A stretch of DNA of 64,000 bases, from contig OZ024764.1 of assembly GCA_964016885.1 (NCBI GenBank), forward strand, positions 21,824,001 through 21,888,000, written 5' to 3'. Of the stretch, positions 27,048 to 45,684 are shown piece after piece. Each line of letters opens with the position of its first letter. Position 1 is the stretch's first letter. The notes beneath the pieces are model-generated. The model did no database searches. It saw only the letters and a program-made list of their open reading frames with translations, and was not told the DNA's origin. The stretch is from Eledone cirrhosa. Taxonomy: Eukaryota. A program made the translations under genes and the position numbers.

Positions 27048-28182
27048 GATCTTTTACTGTCCCTATCCTTTTCTCTAGGTTGTCTTGTACCTCTCACAGT
27101 CCCTCTAGATGTTATGTTAAACAGGGAGATCTTTTACTCTCCAACCCTTCTATCTCCAGATAGTCTTGTATCTATCAGTCCCTCTAGATATTACACCTAG
27201 TATCTAGTCTATGTTGAGTCGCACGTCCTTCTCCAGTAAAGGAGTTAATATTCCCAACCATCTGTCTATCCTGTTTTCTGATGAGAATGAAGTCAATCTA
27301 GTTTATCTCTTCACCTGATTGAAGTAACTAGATCAAGTAACTAGATGTTTTCCTGTAAGTTAGTGTGGCAGTGTTTGTGTCACCATGTAAGGTTTATATC
27401 TATTAATATAGAGATGTAGTAAAGTTTTCACTGTTGTATCTCTACTTTCTAAATATCTTAATAATGTTTCTCTACTATTTCAGAATATCACATGACCTTG
27501 ACAGAAAAGAGTCTTTTAAAGACAACAGAAAGATGTTACATACAAGTGATATAAACTTGTTTAGTCTGTGGTGAATTATGGTGAAATATTTCTTCTGAAT
27601 TGAGATAAATAACAACATTTTCCTTTTTCACTGTCTGGAATATTTACAAGATGATTTTACATTCTGATTAAACTTTGGATATTTACAAAGGAGTTTTCAA
27701 AATATTTGGATATTGACAAAGATCACATTTGATAAAATTATGAACAATAGAAATATTTACATCAACATAGGAATATTTTCCAGAAGAGATGGGAAAATCA
27801 TTATACCACTGTAATATTTGTGGTAAAGTATTCTCTCTTCTTCATATGTAGAACATCTAACTAAACACTTTAACTAACAAACTATTGTGCTATAGAATTG
27901 ACAAACTTGAGGAATGTTTAATAAATGTTACAGATTTCTCCAAACTGTCATTTACTAACTTTAATTTGAAGCTATATTATCTATATACTACTAAAACTCT
28001 GTGATTGTGTCTTGTCCGTAATTTAATACAGCTAAAACAGTGCATAATGGGAATTACTTTGAAAAGAATAAAACAAGTTTTGTATAAAATGGAGCACAGG
28101 TTCCCAAGATACGGGGTTTTCTGGGTACCTTCATAAATATAGGGAGAGAGCGAGAGAGTGGGCGCTGGTGGTGTTGTTTAAT

Positions 28183-28222
<40 letters not shown>

Positions 28223-29600
28223 CGTATGTGTATATTTTAACTATTTAAAAATTATTTTTAAATAACTTAAAAGATAATTTTAAGGCAACGTGACCCAACA
28301 GGTCCCGGGTGGTCTAGTTTGTAACTAAATACTAGATATTAGAGGGTCATGTTCTAGATGTGCTGGAAGAGCTATTCCATCTTGTGAGGTTCACAGATGC
28401 AGCTAGCCACCTCAGCACCTATGGTGGTATATTTATTATATTATTTATTCTTTATCATTAACATTAATATAAAAGATAATTATATATTTTTAGAAAAGAA
28501 CCTCTAACTTCATATAATTTAGGGCTTCAGTAGGTAAAAGTCTGGCCCTGCTTGTCTTGTATTTTTTAGGGGAGAAGTTAGGGAATACTGTTATTGTGTG
28601 AAAGTTTTCTAAATCTTCTTCAGCCACTAACATGGAGAAGATATTTCAGTAAGAAGGTTCACATCCTGACATCTATAGCTGTTAACAATGAGATTGGAAT
28701 TCGTTATTAAACAAATGTTATATCATCATCACTGTTTTACATCATTTTTTCCACGCTGGCATGGGTTAGACGAGTTATCCTGTTGTAAGCAATGCCAGGT
28801 CAGGTGACCACGTCTTGCTCCTACTGAACCAATTTTGGTTTGGTTTCTACAGCTGGATGACCTTCCTAGCACCAACCTTATTTACATTAAGTACTGGGTG
28901 CTTTTTGTCGTGACACCTACATGACCACTTTACAGTGTGGACTGGGTGCTTTTTAACATCTCACCATGATGACCACTTTACATTGACTACTGGGTGCTTT
29001 TTGTCTCGACACCTACATGACCACTTTACAGTGTGGACTGGGTGCTTTTTGTTGTGACACCTACATGACCACTTTACAGTGTGGTCTGGGTGCTTTTTGT
29101 TGTGACACCTACATGACCACTTTACAGTGTGGACTGGGTGCTTTTTGTTGTGACACCTACATGACCACTTTACAGTGTGGACCGGGTGCTTTTTGTTGTG
29201 ACACCTACATGACCACTTTACAGTGTGGTCTGGGTGCTTTTTGTTGTGACACCTACATGACCACTTTACAGTGTGGACTGGGTGCTTTTTGTTGTGACAC
29301 CTACATGACCACTTTACAGTGTGGACTGGGTACTTTTTGTCGTGACACCTACATGACCACTTTACCATGTGGACTGGGTACTTTTTGTTGTGACACATAC
29401 ATACATACACACACATATACATACATTTATAATATAACCATACATGACCACTATACAGTGTGGACTGGGTACTTTTTGTTGTGACACCTACATCACCACT
29501 TTACAGTGTGGACTGGGTACTTTTTGTCATGACACCTACACAACCTCTTTACAGTGTTGGCAGTGAAATATCTAATGCACCAGCTTCAGTAATCAGAAGA
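27048..29600 (+). repeat. ZNF-less partial unit: 82-bp repeat, relic exon (27484), Helitron (27980-28317), 48-bp minisatellite (28890-29560)
   Basis: Colinear with ~4900-7120 and joined directly to pre-promoter sequence at 27045. Confidence 0.88.
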
Positions 29601-29669
29601 TCGCTGTTTTCTATATTATAATTTTATAATATACATATAAACACACATACAAACACACACATATATATA

Positions 29670-31593
29670 TACAGTATATATATATACGAGTGTCCCAAGT
29701 AAAGAGTTTTTCGAGATACGAGCCGTCCCTCGGCTGATTTTTTGCGTTGAGTTCCAGTTCTAGTTGGCATAGCGACCGCCACAGGGAATACCATAACACC
29801 CGTCCAGCATCCCATGGGTTCGAAGAAAGTGAGGGCGAAGGACAGTGCTGAGAAGAAGAAGCAGATGATGTGTATTGAATTAAAGAAAGAAATTATAGAA
29901 AAACATGTCCAAGGTGTGTGTGTAGTGGACTTGATAAAGGCTATAACCCCAGCTAAGGGTGGTAAAATAATTTCTAAACAGCGGACCTCTATCCATGAAA
30001 ATATGGAGAAGCAGCTTGCAAGAGATACTGTGATGAAGATTATAATATGTGAGAAGGCACGAACTATTTACGCTGATTTGCTGCAGCAGACCCCAAGTAC
30101 TTCTACGGACGAGCCATCGGCAAGCCCTTTAATGCCAGTCGGGGATGGTTTGAGAATTTTAAAAAGAGGACCGGCATTCACTCCGTTGTCAGGCATGGTG
30201 AGGCAGCGAGCGCGGATATGAAGGCAGCTGAGGATTACCTCAAAACCTTTCCCTGAATTATAGCAGCCAAAGGATACATCCCTCAGCAAGTCTTTAACTG
30301 TGATGAAACAGGACTTTTTGGGAAGAAGATGCCAAGGAGGACTTATATAACGGCAGAGGAGAAGAGGATGCCTGGCCACAAACCCATGAAGGATAGGCTA
30401 ACCCTCGCACTGTGCCACTGTGAACGTTGACTGTAAGATTAAGTTGCCGCTCGTTTATCATTCGGAAAACTTTAAGTCACATAAGATTCTGAAAGAAAAA
30501 CTGCAGGTTATGTGGAGGGCAAACCTGAGGTCATGGGTCACCAGATAGTTCTTTGTGGATTGGGTGAATTTGGTCCTGACGTTAAAAAATATCTCCATGA
30601 AAATAACCTACCCCTGTAAACCCTTCTTGTTCTGGACAATGCACCTGCTCACCCACCTAACCTCGAAGAGTTCAAGTTTATAAAGGTCCTCTACCTTCCA
30701 CCAAACACCACCCCTAACCTACAGCCCAAGGACCAGCGGGTACTTTCTAATTTCAAGAAGCTCTTCACCAAGCACCTGTTCAGTCGCTGCTTTGAAATGA
30801 CGGAGAGCACAAACTTCACCCTTGAGAGGTCTGGAAGGACCATTATAACATCGTGATATGCCTCAGAATTATCGATATGACCTGGCAGGGTCATACAAAG
30901 AGGACCTTGACCTTTACATGGAAGAAGCTGTGGCCTGAAGTTGTGTCTAAAACAGACTTTGAAAGACTGGAACCCGAAGCGGCAGTGGTGGAGGAGATTG
31001 TACCCCTCGGTAAGTCCATGGGCCTGGACATGGATGAAGGTGACATCAACGAGCTCATCGAGGAGCACCCCGAGGAAATGACAACGAAGGAATTAAAGGA
31101 GCTACAGACACAGCAACACACGGAGTTTTTGCAGGAAATAGGTGACACAGAGGAGGTTATCTCAACAAGTGAGATGAAACAAACCTCATTAGACAGGTTT
31201 TTATCGAAAATCCCTGCAGATAAAAGTGAGGAATGCGTGGCGAAAGGGCAAAAATCAGCGAATAAGATTCAGTTATTCAGTTCATCCTTTCTCCTCCGTC
31301 AACATCCTCAAGTCGTCTGATCTCTAAGATAGATGCCGTACATTATACTTAATAAAACCAGTTTATTGTAGTACATTCTATTGTATTGTTTTTTATATAC
31401 AATATTTGTTATTTATAAGTACATTTTTCTTATTTAAAAACACGTAACAAAACAAACTGTGGTTTTGGGGGGTCTGGAACGGATTAACGGCATTTTATTT
31501 TATTTCAGTGGGGAAAATTGATTTGACATACGAGTAATTTAAGTTACGAGGTCCTCCACGGAACAAATTAAACTCATAAGTCAAGGTACAACA
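29670..31593 (+). mobile_element. Defective Tigger/pogo (TIGD1-like) DNA transposon
   Basis: CENP-B-type HTH (IELKKEIIEKH), VFNCDETGLF, KPMKDRLTL, LDNAPAHP, LPPNTT; TIR-like end CTCATAAGTCAAGGTAC. Confidence 0.92.
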
Positions 31594-31619
31594 GTGTGTG
31601 TGTATATATATATATATGA

Positions 31620-31792
31620 AGAAACGATCGACTTTCGTCAAATCGGACCGAGGAAGCAATGTTTCCATTGGTCTTTCTAATTGCTAGTACTATCGGTCGC
31701 AACTCCAGGTAGAAGGAACAACGTGAAATAAAGTGTCTTGCTCAAGGTCATAACGCATCGCCTGGTCCAGGAATCGAACTCACAATCTCAAG
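31620..31792 (-). mobile_element. tRNA-derived SINE, 5'-truncated
   Basis: Reverse complement of 10795-10965. Confidence 0.85.
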
Positions 31793-33392
31793 ATATATAT
31801 ATATAAATGAAGAATATAGAAATTATTGTAGCAAAAAGCCAACAGTATTCCATTTCATTTCATTTCATTTGAGTTTGAGTCCATGCTCAGGCCAAGTCGA
31901 AGACTCCACCCATTATATATATATATATAGTATAAAAGAGAAAACACAGGTAAGCATTAAGAGAAGGATTTTATCCAGGTATTTACGACCGTTTCATTGG
32001 TAAGTGCAACCTTATATTTCTATCCTGCAAATAGCAGCCACTCAATTATAATTGTTGTTCACAGTCCAAATTTTCAAAATAGTAAGTTACTCTTGAAATA
32101 ATTCTTAATATATAGAGAAAAACATTTATTTGGAATTGTATTTACTAGTATAGAGAGAGAGGAATCAGAAGGTGAGGGGACAGACGGAATAGTATAGAGA
32201 GAGAGGAAGAGGTAGGAAGTAGAGTGACAAACTGAGATGGGGGGAGGGGTAGAGGTGGCAGGATTCTTTGGTCAGTTTTGACAGCAGACTTCATGTCGTG
32301 GAATGTAGTGAGTTAAAGAGAATTAAATTGATCATTTTTGGAGGGATGGATATATATATATATAGTTAAATATTAGACAGGAACAAAAAACAGGCAGTGC
32401 AAATGGTAGTTTATACCGAGAGAGAGACAGACAAACACATCTATACCCCTACTACAGTAAAACATAAAACATATGTAAGGGGAGACAACTCTCGTTACAT
32501 CCCCCCCTTCTTTTTGATATACGTCCTTTAAATACTTTGTACAATGGAATCTGCTTTATTTTGTGTCCTAAGTAGATTTCTGTTTAATTATTTACGAGAT
32601 TCACAATGATTCACGTAACCAAGTTACTTACATAGAGACATATTTCACATAGAATCACAACAAATGAAAATATTAAGTCAACACTCTGTCAATCAGTCTA
32701 CATCACATGGGGTGCCGGAGTCTCCTTCTAATACTTTCTGAGACAGTCTTACCTCGAGTGATAGCAAGGCTAAGATGTTGGAACTACCAAACACCCTCAT
32801 ATGTATCACCTGACACCTCGGTAAGGAGAGCTGCCAACGATAACAAGAACCTCGTTGTCAGGCACCTATCTCCTCCAAACTTCTCCAAGACCACAGACTA
32901 GAATATTCTACTCTTTATTCCCTATCAAATATATTTCAGTCTAGTCATTTATCTTGTTTCTTGTATATGTATTTTCAAAACTAACTGTCACATTTGTGAG
33001 ACCCCAGTTAGTGATGTTTTCGTCTCCCTCCCACATCCTACATGCTGTAGTAAAAGTGAGGGTCACTGCTTCCGTAGACGAACGAAATAAAAGCTAAACT
33101 ACCAGTAATTATCGGCAAAGTATTTATTCCAGTCTGTGATGTTTGAGAAGCTGGGCTGCTGACAACGAAGTTGCTGTCACTGTTGGCGGCTGGCTTTACC
33201 GAAGTACCCGATGACTCTTGTGAGGGTACTTAGCTGTTCTGGCAACTTAGCCCCCATATGACCCGATCTTACCGAGATACCCGGTGATTTCTGTCAGAGT
33301 ACTTAGCTGTCCTATTTTAATTACATTTACTGTTTTCACCTTTATTTTTTTTTATTACAAACTTTACATAATTTAATTCGGTAAAAATATTT

Positions 33393-33529
33393 TTACGTCA
33401 CAAAAAAACTTGACCTTTGACATTGAAGCATGCGCAGTGGTGCAGTTGTCGACTTCCTGTCCACGTGTCAGTCTTCCTAAAACAAGATTTATTTGTGATG
33501 TGAAAAGCTCACTTTTCACATCACAAATA
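33393..33529 (+). promoter_or_regulatory. Promoter copy (unit 3); exon-1 donor replaced by a hairpin
   Basis: NRF1/ETS/E-box/Inr motifs intact; GTAAGT segment absent; inverted repeat 33490-33529. Confidence 0.65.
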
Positions 33530-34699
33530 TATATTTTCTTGTTTGTTTCATTATTGGAAATATAAAATGTTATCGTAATTATCTATATTTTACCTACCTC
33601 TAATTAATTAAAGTGAAAACTTTTGTTGTTGCTGAAAAATAAATTAACAAAACTAAATATTTAAATATTGTAAAGGTCGTTTTTATATTATGTGATGATA
33701 TAATTAATATATTTTATTACAATTGTATAAATTTACAGTAGAATAACGTTGTAAATATGTTTTAAATATATACATAAATAACATAAGTGTGTAAATAACA
33801 TTATAAATTGCTGGCAATTCCTTGAGAAAGACATTACAAATATATTGTCTAAACTGTGTATAATAATATAATTTATTGAACAATAATGATAAAGGAAAGA
33901 AAAACACAGTGGGAGATGGCAATTGACCACCAAACGAGGTAAACATTTGCAACTTTCCCCTTTTTTTGCTTTGTCCGAGACAACTCAAAATATTCTTCAA
34001 GGAACTGGATTTTCCATTCGGTTGGATCGAACGGATTTTACCATTTATAATCTACGGAGAGGAATAACAGATGTTCGGAGGAAAAAAGAATTGTTTGTGG
34101 CAACAACGTAGGGAACCAACCTGGAGCAATTGTATCACACAATTATACTTTCCTCCTTAACATACACTTACAATTTTTCATAATCAAACCCCCCAAATAT
34201 AAAATATAAATAATTATAAATGGCGAGGAACCATCCCATCTCCCTCTTGAAATAACCTGAATCTATTTATAGTCAGGTGTGACTGAAAGGTCAATCCATA
34301 CTTCCATTCTATTTCACAGAATTAGATGCTTTGACCACTTGATAGAATTCAGGTCCAGTAATGTAATCACTCCGTAATTGTAAACATCTTGTATCACTAT
34401 CATTCAGGTTTTGATTTTACTTAAGTCTTGCCCATGTTTTTTTTTTTTTTCTTTTTTACACGAACTCACAATTTCGGTTTTTACTGCGGATTTCCCCATG
34501 CGAACTATTACACAAACTCACAGCCTTAGATTTTGTATTTCTAGCGTTTTTATTTTCCTTCTCTTTGCATGTTCAGTGCTCTTTCTCTCCCACTGTATTT
34601 ATCTGCCTCTCACATGACCACACTCCTCTCCACGCACTCATCATCTTCTCACTCCTTCTCCACCTTCCCTCCCTCCCCTTGCGCAACCCTTACTTCCTC

Positions 34700-37130
34700 C
34701 TCGCGCACAGCCCACCTAGGTATTCGTTCAACCCGCCGGAGGCCCGATCTTTCGACCGAACTATCACCGGTGATTGCCGATTGCTAAAGTTGCCACCACT
34801 TTAACCTAGTCCACTCTAGGTGGCGGTGGCATGCGTTGAACGACCAAGAGACCTGCTTGGTGGAACGACTAATGTGACAACCGGTCAGCCTTCGACCTCT
34901 CATTCTCCACCAACTGCAGCACGCACGAGAGGAGCTAACTTGACCCCACCTACCCCTCCTCTCCTTCACGGCAGATTCCGAACGAATCCAACCCGGCCAA
35001 CCACACCACGCCTACAACTGTTAGCTCACCACCCAGCTTCCGCTTTAGTCCCACCGTTAGAACCACTGCTGTCTCCTTTACTGACTCACTCCCTTCACCG
35101 AATTCCAACGCTGGCCCTCTACTGCCGGCTGTTGCCAGCCCGCCACCTGATTGCGCCCTCTGTGCCCGCACTAACCAGTACTTAAAGACAATTAAATGTC
35201 ACCCATGCCACGCAAGCTACCACAGAAGCTGTGTCGGCATCACCAAAGCTCAAGCTGAAAGGCTTCAACACTGGACCTGTCATCGGTGCCACTTCAGCTC
35301 CGACTATTCCGTGGGGATGACCAACACTCTACCGACGACTTCCCCCCCCCCCAGGGCTTCTCCAAATCAAAGCTCGTTAACCGGACCCTTAAGGGAGCTC
35401 GGAACAGCTTTGCAGGTGCCCTCTCTAATTTACTGAAAAACGTTTGCTCGTCCAACAATAGACTGGCAGAAATTGTTTTTGTTTCCCCTCATCTCTCTTC
35501 ACGTGCACAATGCGAACTCGGGTTCCCTCAAGTCCTCTCTCAAGTGGCAGTTCCAGCTGTTTGAGTCCACCCCAACCACGTCTCATCTCAGTTCGTCTCC
35601 GAGCTCGGTGTCCACCAACAGACAACCGGTAGACCTCAAGCGAGCCGTCAATGCCAAATTCAGCGAATTTGACATTAAAGGGGCTGTCCTCCCTTGCTCC
35701 ATGCAATTCTGACTCTCGTGAGCGTCTGAAAGAGAAGCACCCCCAGATGATCAGCAACACTGGCCCGAACCACCAGAATACTTGAGACCGGTTTACACCA
35801 CCAATATCATCAGAAAGGCGATTTCATCCTTCCCCGCTGGGTCAGGCGCGGGAATTGACGTCCTTCATCCTCAACACCTCAAGGATGGTATCTCCTTATC
35901 GGCCGGTGATGCCGGACTCGAGCTCTTGGAGAGTCTGACTCAGTTTGTGAAACAGTGAACGTTCTCCCGTTCATCCGCCCACTGTTCTTCGGTGCGAAGC
36001 TATTTGGTCTCACCAAGCCCAACGGGGACCTGCGCCGCATTGCGGTTGGCTGCACACCTCGCCGCCTCACTGCAAAGGCGTGATTGCTGTTGGTCTCCAA
36101 CTCACTGGCGGAGGAATTTTCCCCCATCCAGCTGTGGGTGGGTACCAGGTTGGGATGTGTGACTGCTGTCCACGCTGCCAGAACATTTGCCAACTTGCCC
36201 TCCTCATCCCCCAAGGTCATCCTCAAACTTGACCTCAGGAATGCCTTCAACTCCGTCAGCCGCGACATCGTCCTCGGCTCAGTAAGAGAGAGGGTCCCAC
36301 AACTCTACCACTTTGCTTGGCAGGCTTATCGGGAGCCCTCCTACCTCTCTTTCAGTGACCAGATCATCACCTCTGCCTCGGGAGTCCAACAGGGTGACTC
36401 ACGCGGGACTCCCCCCTCGCACTGGACATTGATGACGTCACCAAGATGGGGGCTGAGTTGGACCTCAATGTCTGGTAGCTCGACGACGCCTGTTTGGGGG
36501 GAACTCCGGATATGGTTCTCGCCACTGCCAACAGGATGGTGGAGGAGCTTGGCGCCGGGGTCTCCAGATCAATAGCTCCAAATGTGAGCTCTGGATCCTC
36601 AACCACCCGGCTTCTTAACACCAACAGCTGATCGACCTGTTCGCAGAGTCCTTCCCTTCCATCACGGTCCCTCCCCCGTCGGCTTGGTGCTCCTTAGGAG
36701 CCCCGATCACAGACCTGGCCTTCGCGTCAACCATCCAATCGAAGATGGTTGGCCTTGAGCAGCTGCTGAGGAATATTGAAGATATCGAACCCCATCAAGG
36801 TTTCTTCTTACTCAGGAACTACCTGTCTATTCCTAAGCTTCTGTATCTGCTCAGGGTCAGCCCCTCTCACAGATTTCCATCCTGCCTCCAACGCTTCGAC
36901 GACCTAATCTTCGAGAGACTCGAGTGTCTGGTCAATGTTAGTAAGTGTTCGTCCCTCTCTCTCCCCTGCTTCCTTTCCTCCACCCAAGCTTGCAACATCC
37001 TCTCCTCTCCAACATGGACTAGTTCCAACAGGGAGTTGTGTGAAGCTCTCCAGCAAGGGAGTGAGTTGGGCTTGTCTCTTCCTGAGAAGGTGGAGGACAG
37101 TCGAAGTCAGAGAACTTGGGACAGGATACG
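34700..37130 (+). mobile_element. Degenerate CRE-clade non-LTR retrotransposon with PHD-like finger
   Basis: CHPCHASYHRSC..WTCHRC; FFGAKLFGLTKPNGDLRRIAVG, KLDLRNAFNSVSR, SGVQQGD, W*LDD, LSIPKLLYLLR. Confidence 0.82.
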
Positions 37131-37512
37131 TTATTGATAACACCACTTGTAAATCTTTGTCAACTTTTCATACGTAAATTGTGAATCAGTTATTTTTAAA
37201 CAAACTATCAAAGAAGTAATCTCACAGTAACTGTGTTTGATTCAATCAACTTATTCCCCCCAAACATTGTCGACCTTGTGTCTAAATCAGAAACTATTAT
37301 TAGATCTTAATTCAACCCCGTAAAGATGAAGGGCAAAGCTAACCTCGGCGGGATTTCAACCCTTTATGTTATGAGTTCAAATCCCACCAAAGTTATCTTT
37401 GTCTTTCATTCTAACGGGGTGGATAAATTAAAGTTCCAGTAATCTACTGGGGTCTGAGATATTAACGTATGAGTAGATTCTATCTTTTTGTGTGTTTGTA
37501 TTTATAATCTTA

Positions 37513-41600
<4,088 letters not shown>

Positions 41601-41676
41601 TGTTATAGTATCATGATAGGGTAATACAGTTATTACAAGTTTCTGAGTATCTTATAATGTTCTTTTATTATTTCAG

Positions 41677-43226
41677 AATACCAGAGGACATTGGCATTAA
41701 AGAGCACGTTACATCAGACATATCCTCAACATTAACCATTTCTAATGAAAGACACTACCCATCATTTTCAAATAATTTTGAAAACACTCAACACTTTGAA
41801 GGGATTTAGTAATATAACTAAATTTCTCAGTATTAAGCTGCTATTTGGAACATAACTTTGCACAATTTCATGAAGTTACAATGGAAAGTTTTTAGATAAA
41901 TATAAAGACTGGTATGAAAAAGATAAAACACTTTTATATCAGTTGTTTCATCAACACCATTATTTAAAGACTAAAGGAAGCTGTTATACAGAACAGATAC
42001 AACCTTGTTTATATAAATCTATGGGAGAAATACTGGGAAATATTTCTTGTAAACTCAATAACACTTCTATTCTTTGCTGTCTGGAATATGTAGAAGATAC
42101 AAAATAAAGCTGAAGAAATTTACACATGATTTTGTAAGATCTTCATATATTGACAAAGATGATAGTTGATGGAACTACAGGAGTAGAAATATTTCCATTA
42201 TTACAGGAATAACTAATCAAATGAAGACCAGAAAAATTAGATTCTTCACTCTCAGGAATATGTACAAAATAGTTTTATATGTATACTAGCAGTAAAGCCC
42301 GGCGTTGCTCGGGGTCGCTCAGTAGCTGTGTTAAAGTTACAATGTTAAGTTTCTTTCTTGGCTTAAAAACTGTAGTGTCTACTGTGCAGACTTGCATGTG
42401 GTGTTTTTGATTAATATTCCCTCAACCAACAATATGCCTTATGAAGTTAAGAAAACAACGATAACCCGAATGTTATAACAAAAGAGGATGCTGGGGATAG
42501 AAACTGCACTGGTTATTTATTAACAAAGATCGAAAATGTAAACACTGCAACGCAGAGAAAAACATTAGCGTAACCAAATTATCAGTTATGTCTGTCTGCA
42601 CGCCTATATCACCTCTCTGCACGACTGTCTGTCTGCACGCCTATATCACCTCTCTGCACGACTGTCTGTCTGCACGCCTATATCACCTCTCTGCACGACT
42701 ATCTGTCTGCACGCGTATATCACCTCTCTGCACGACTGTCTGTCTGCACGACTGTCTGTCTGCACGCCTAACGACGAAATATTTGCTTGTTTTACGTAGT
42801 CTTTAAATAGACTTGTTTTCAAGTAAAAATATTGTTTTAAAATGCTTTTAAATGGAAATGAAGCAAAACGGAAGCTTAGTGTTCGAACTGATGAATTTTG
42901 CAGGTCAATATTTTGCTGGCTCGTAATTTTTTACGTAAGACGCTCAATGTAAACAGAACAAAGGGAAATAACTGATAACTTACGCTCAAAAATCGATACA
43001 TTATATTCGATTTCGTCACATAGGGTGGGTCAATTTGAAATTTTGTTTTTCCGATGTCTTCGCTAGGGCTGAATGTACAAGTATAGCAATTTCGGTACAA
43101 TTCCGTCAGAGATTCTAAGAGGAGATGTGTGCCAAAAATCGATAGACAGACAGACAACCACAGTTTTATATATATAGATTAAACTTGAAGAGATCTACAA
43201 AACAGTTTGTATCATCTTTAAATATA
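41677..43226 (+). other. Unit-3 acceptor and 5'UTR exon, interrupted by a Helitron and ending at the inversion breakpoint
   Basis: Colinear with 2141-2796. Confidence 0.8.
42286..43178 (-). mobile_element. Non-autonomous Helitron, family 2, with internal 37-bp repeats
   Basis: Minus strand A|TCTATATATATAAAA...CCCGAGCAACGCCGGG-CTTTACTG-CTAG|T; empty site GTATA^TTAAAC at ~2748 and ~63688; no TSD. Confidence 0.9.
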
Positions 43227-43230
43227 TTTA

Positions 43231-44258
<1,028 letters not shown>

Positions 44259-44809
44259 TCATAAAAGATATCAATCACCTCAGTTTCTCACATAATTCAC
44301 AGTTTTAATATTTTTCTCCTCGCAATATATAGATGTATACTTTCTGAGACAGTCTTACCTCGAGTGATAGCAAGGCTAAGATGTTGGAACTACCAAACAC
44401 CCTCATATGTATCACCTGACACCTCGGTAAGGAGAGCTGCCAACGATAACAAGAACATCGTTGTCAGGGACCTATCTCCTCCAAACTTCTCCAACACCAC
44501 AGACTAGAATATTCTACTCTTTATTCCCTGTCAAATATATTTCAGTCTAGTCATTTGTCTTGTATCTTGTATATGTATTTTCAAAACTAACTGTCACATT
44601 TGTGAGACCCCAGTTAGTGATGTTTTTGTCTCTCTCCCACATCCTACAAGCTGTAGTAAAAGTGAGGGTCACTGCTTCTGTAGACGAACGAAATAAAAGT
44701 TAAACGACCAGTAATTATCGGCAAAGTATTTATTCCAGTCTGTGATGTTTGAGAAGCTGGGCTGCTGATAACGAAGTTGTGGTCACTGTTGGCGGCTGGC
44801 TTTACCGAA

Positions 44810-45200
44810 GTACCCGATGACTCTTGTGAGGGTACTTAGCTGTTTGGGTGGTTTAGCCTCGATATGACAAGATTTTACTGAGATACCCGGTGATCTCTGT
44901 CAGTGTACTTAGCTGTTCTGGCGGTTTAGCCTCCACATGACATGATTTTACCGAGATACCCGGTGATCTCTGTCAGTGTACTTAGCTGTTCTGGTAGCTT
45001 AGCTTCCTTATAACCAGATCTTACCGAGATACCCGATGACTCTTGTGATGGTACTTAGCTGTTCTGGCAACTTAACCTCCATATGACCCGATCTTACCGA
45101 GATACCCGGTGATCTCTGTCAGGGTACTTAGCTGTTCTGGCAACTTAGCCTCCATATGACCCGATCTTACCGAGATACCCGGTGATCTCTGCCAGGGTAC
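44810..45200. repeat. 73-bp tandem repeat, ~5.5 copies
   Basis: GATACCCG recurs at 44882, 44955, 45028, 45101, 45174. Confidence 0.92.
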
Positions 45201-45551
45201 TCGAGTGATCCAGCACCCTACTATTTCTACCAACAGGTTATATCGAGGTATCAAGTGATACTCTTTTCAAGTCAAGACCTCCTCTGCTGTCCTCTGTCTT
45301 CCAACTGCCCTGTTATTCTACAGACTCACGAAAGTGGACACCACCCGAAGGAGAGAGAGGTTGGTGTAGTGGTCATCGCTGGCTATTGTTCAAGTGACAC
45401 AGGTAAAATACACTACTTAGACTGAGGTGAAACGTCTACCGTCCATTCTTCATCACCAACACCTTACTTTCTCTATTTTAATTACATTTACTGTTTTTAA
45501 CTTTATTTTTTTATTACAAACTTTACATAATTTAATTCGGTAAAAATATTT

Positions 45552-45684
45552 TTACGTCACAAAAAAACATTGAAGCATGTGCAGTGGTGCAGTTGTCGAC
45601 TTCCTGTCCACGTGTTAGTCTTCCTACAACAACATTTAGAAAACATTTCTGTAAATACTAAACACCTGAGACTATAATGTAAGT
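45552..45684 (+). promoter_or_regulatory. Promoter and exon 1 copy (unit 4)
   Basis: CRE-like/ETS/E-box motifs kept, NRF1-like site altered to GCATGTGCA; donor GTAAGT at 45679. Confidence 0.62.

Noticed and set aside
28961-29484. Cys-rich repetitive ORFs on both strands
   Set aside because: Translations of the 48-bp minisatellite derived from the RTE 3'UTR
31920-32360. Possible Penelope terminus or hammerhead ribozyme (GAAACGGTC on minus strand)
   Set aside because: No matching CUGAnGA core found nearby; left unclassified
44810-45200. CRISPR-like appearance of the 39/48/61/73/82-bp repeats
   Set aside because: Head-to-tail tandem units without unique spacers, no cas genes, eukaryotic context
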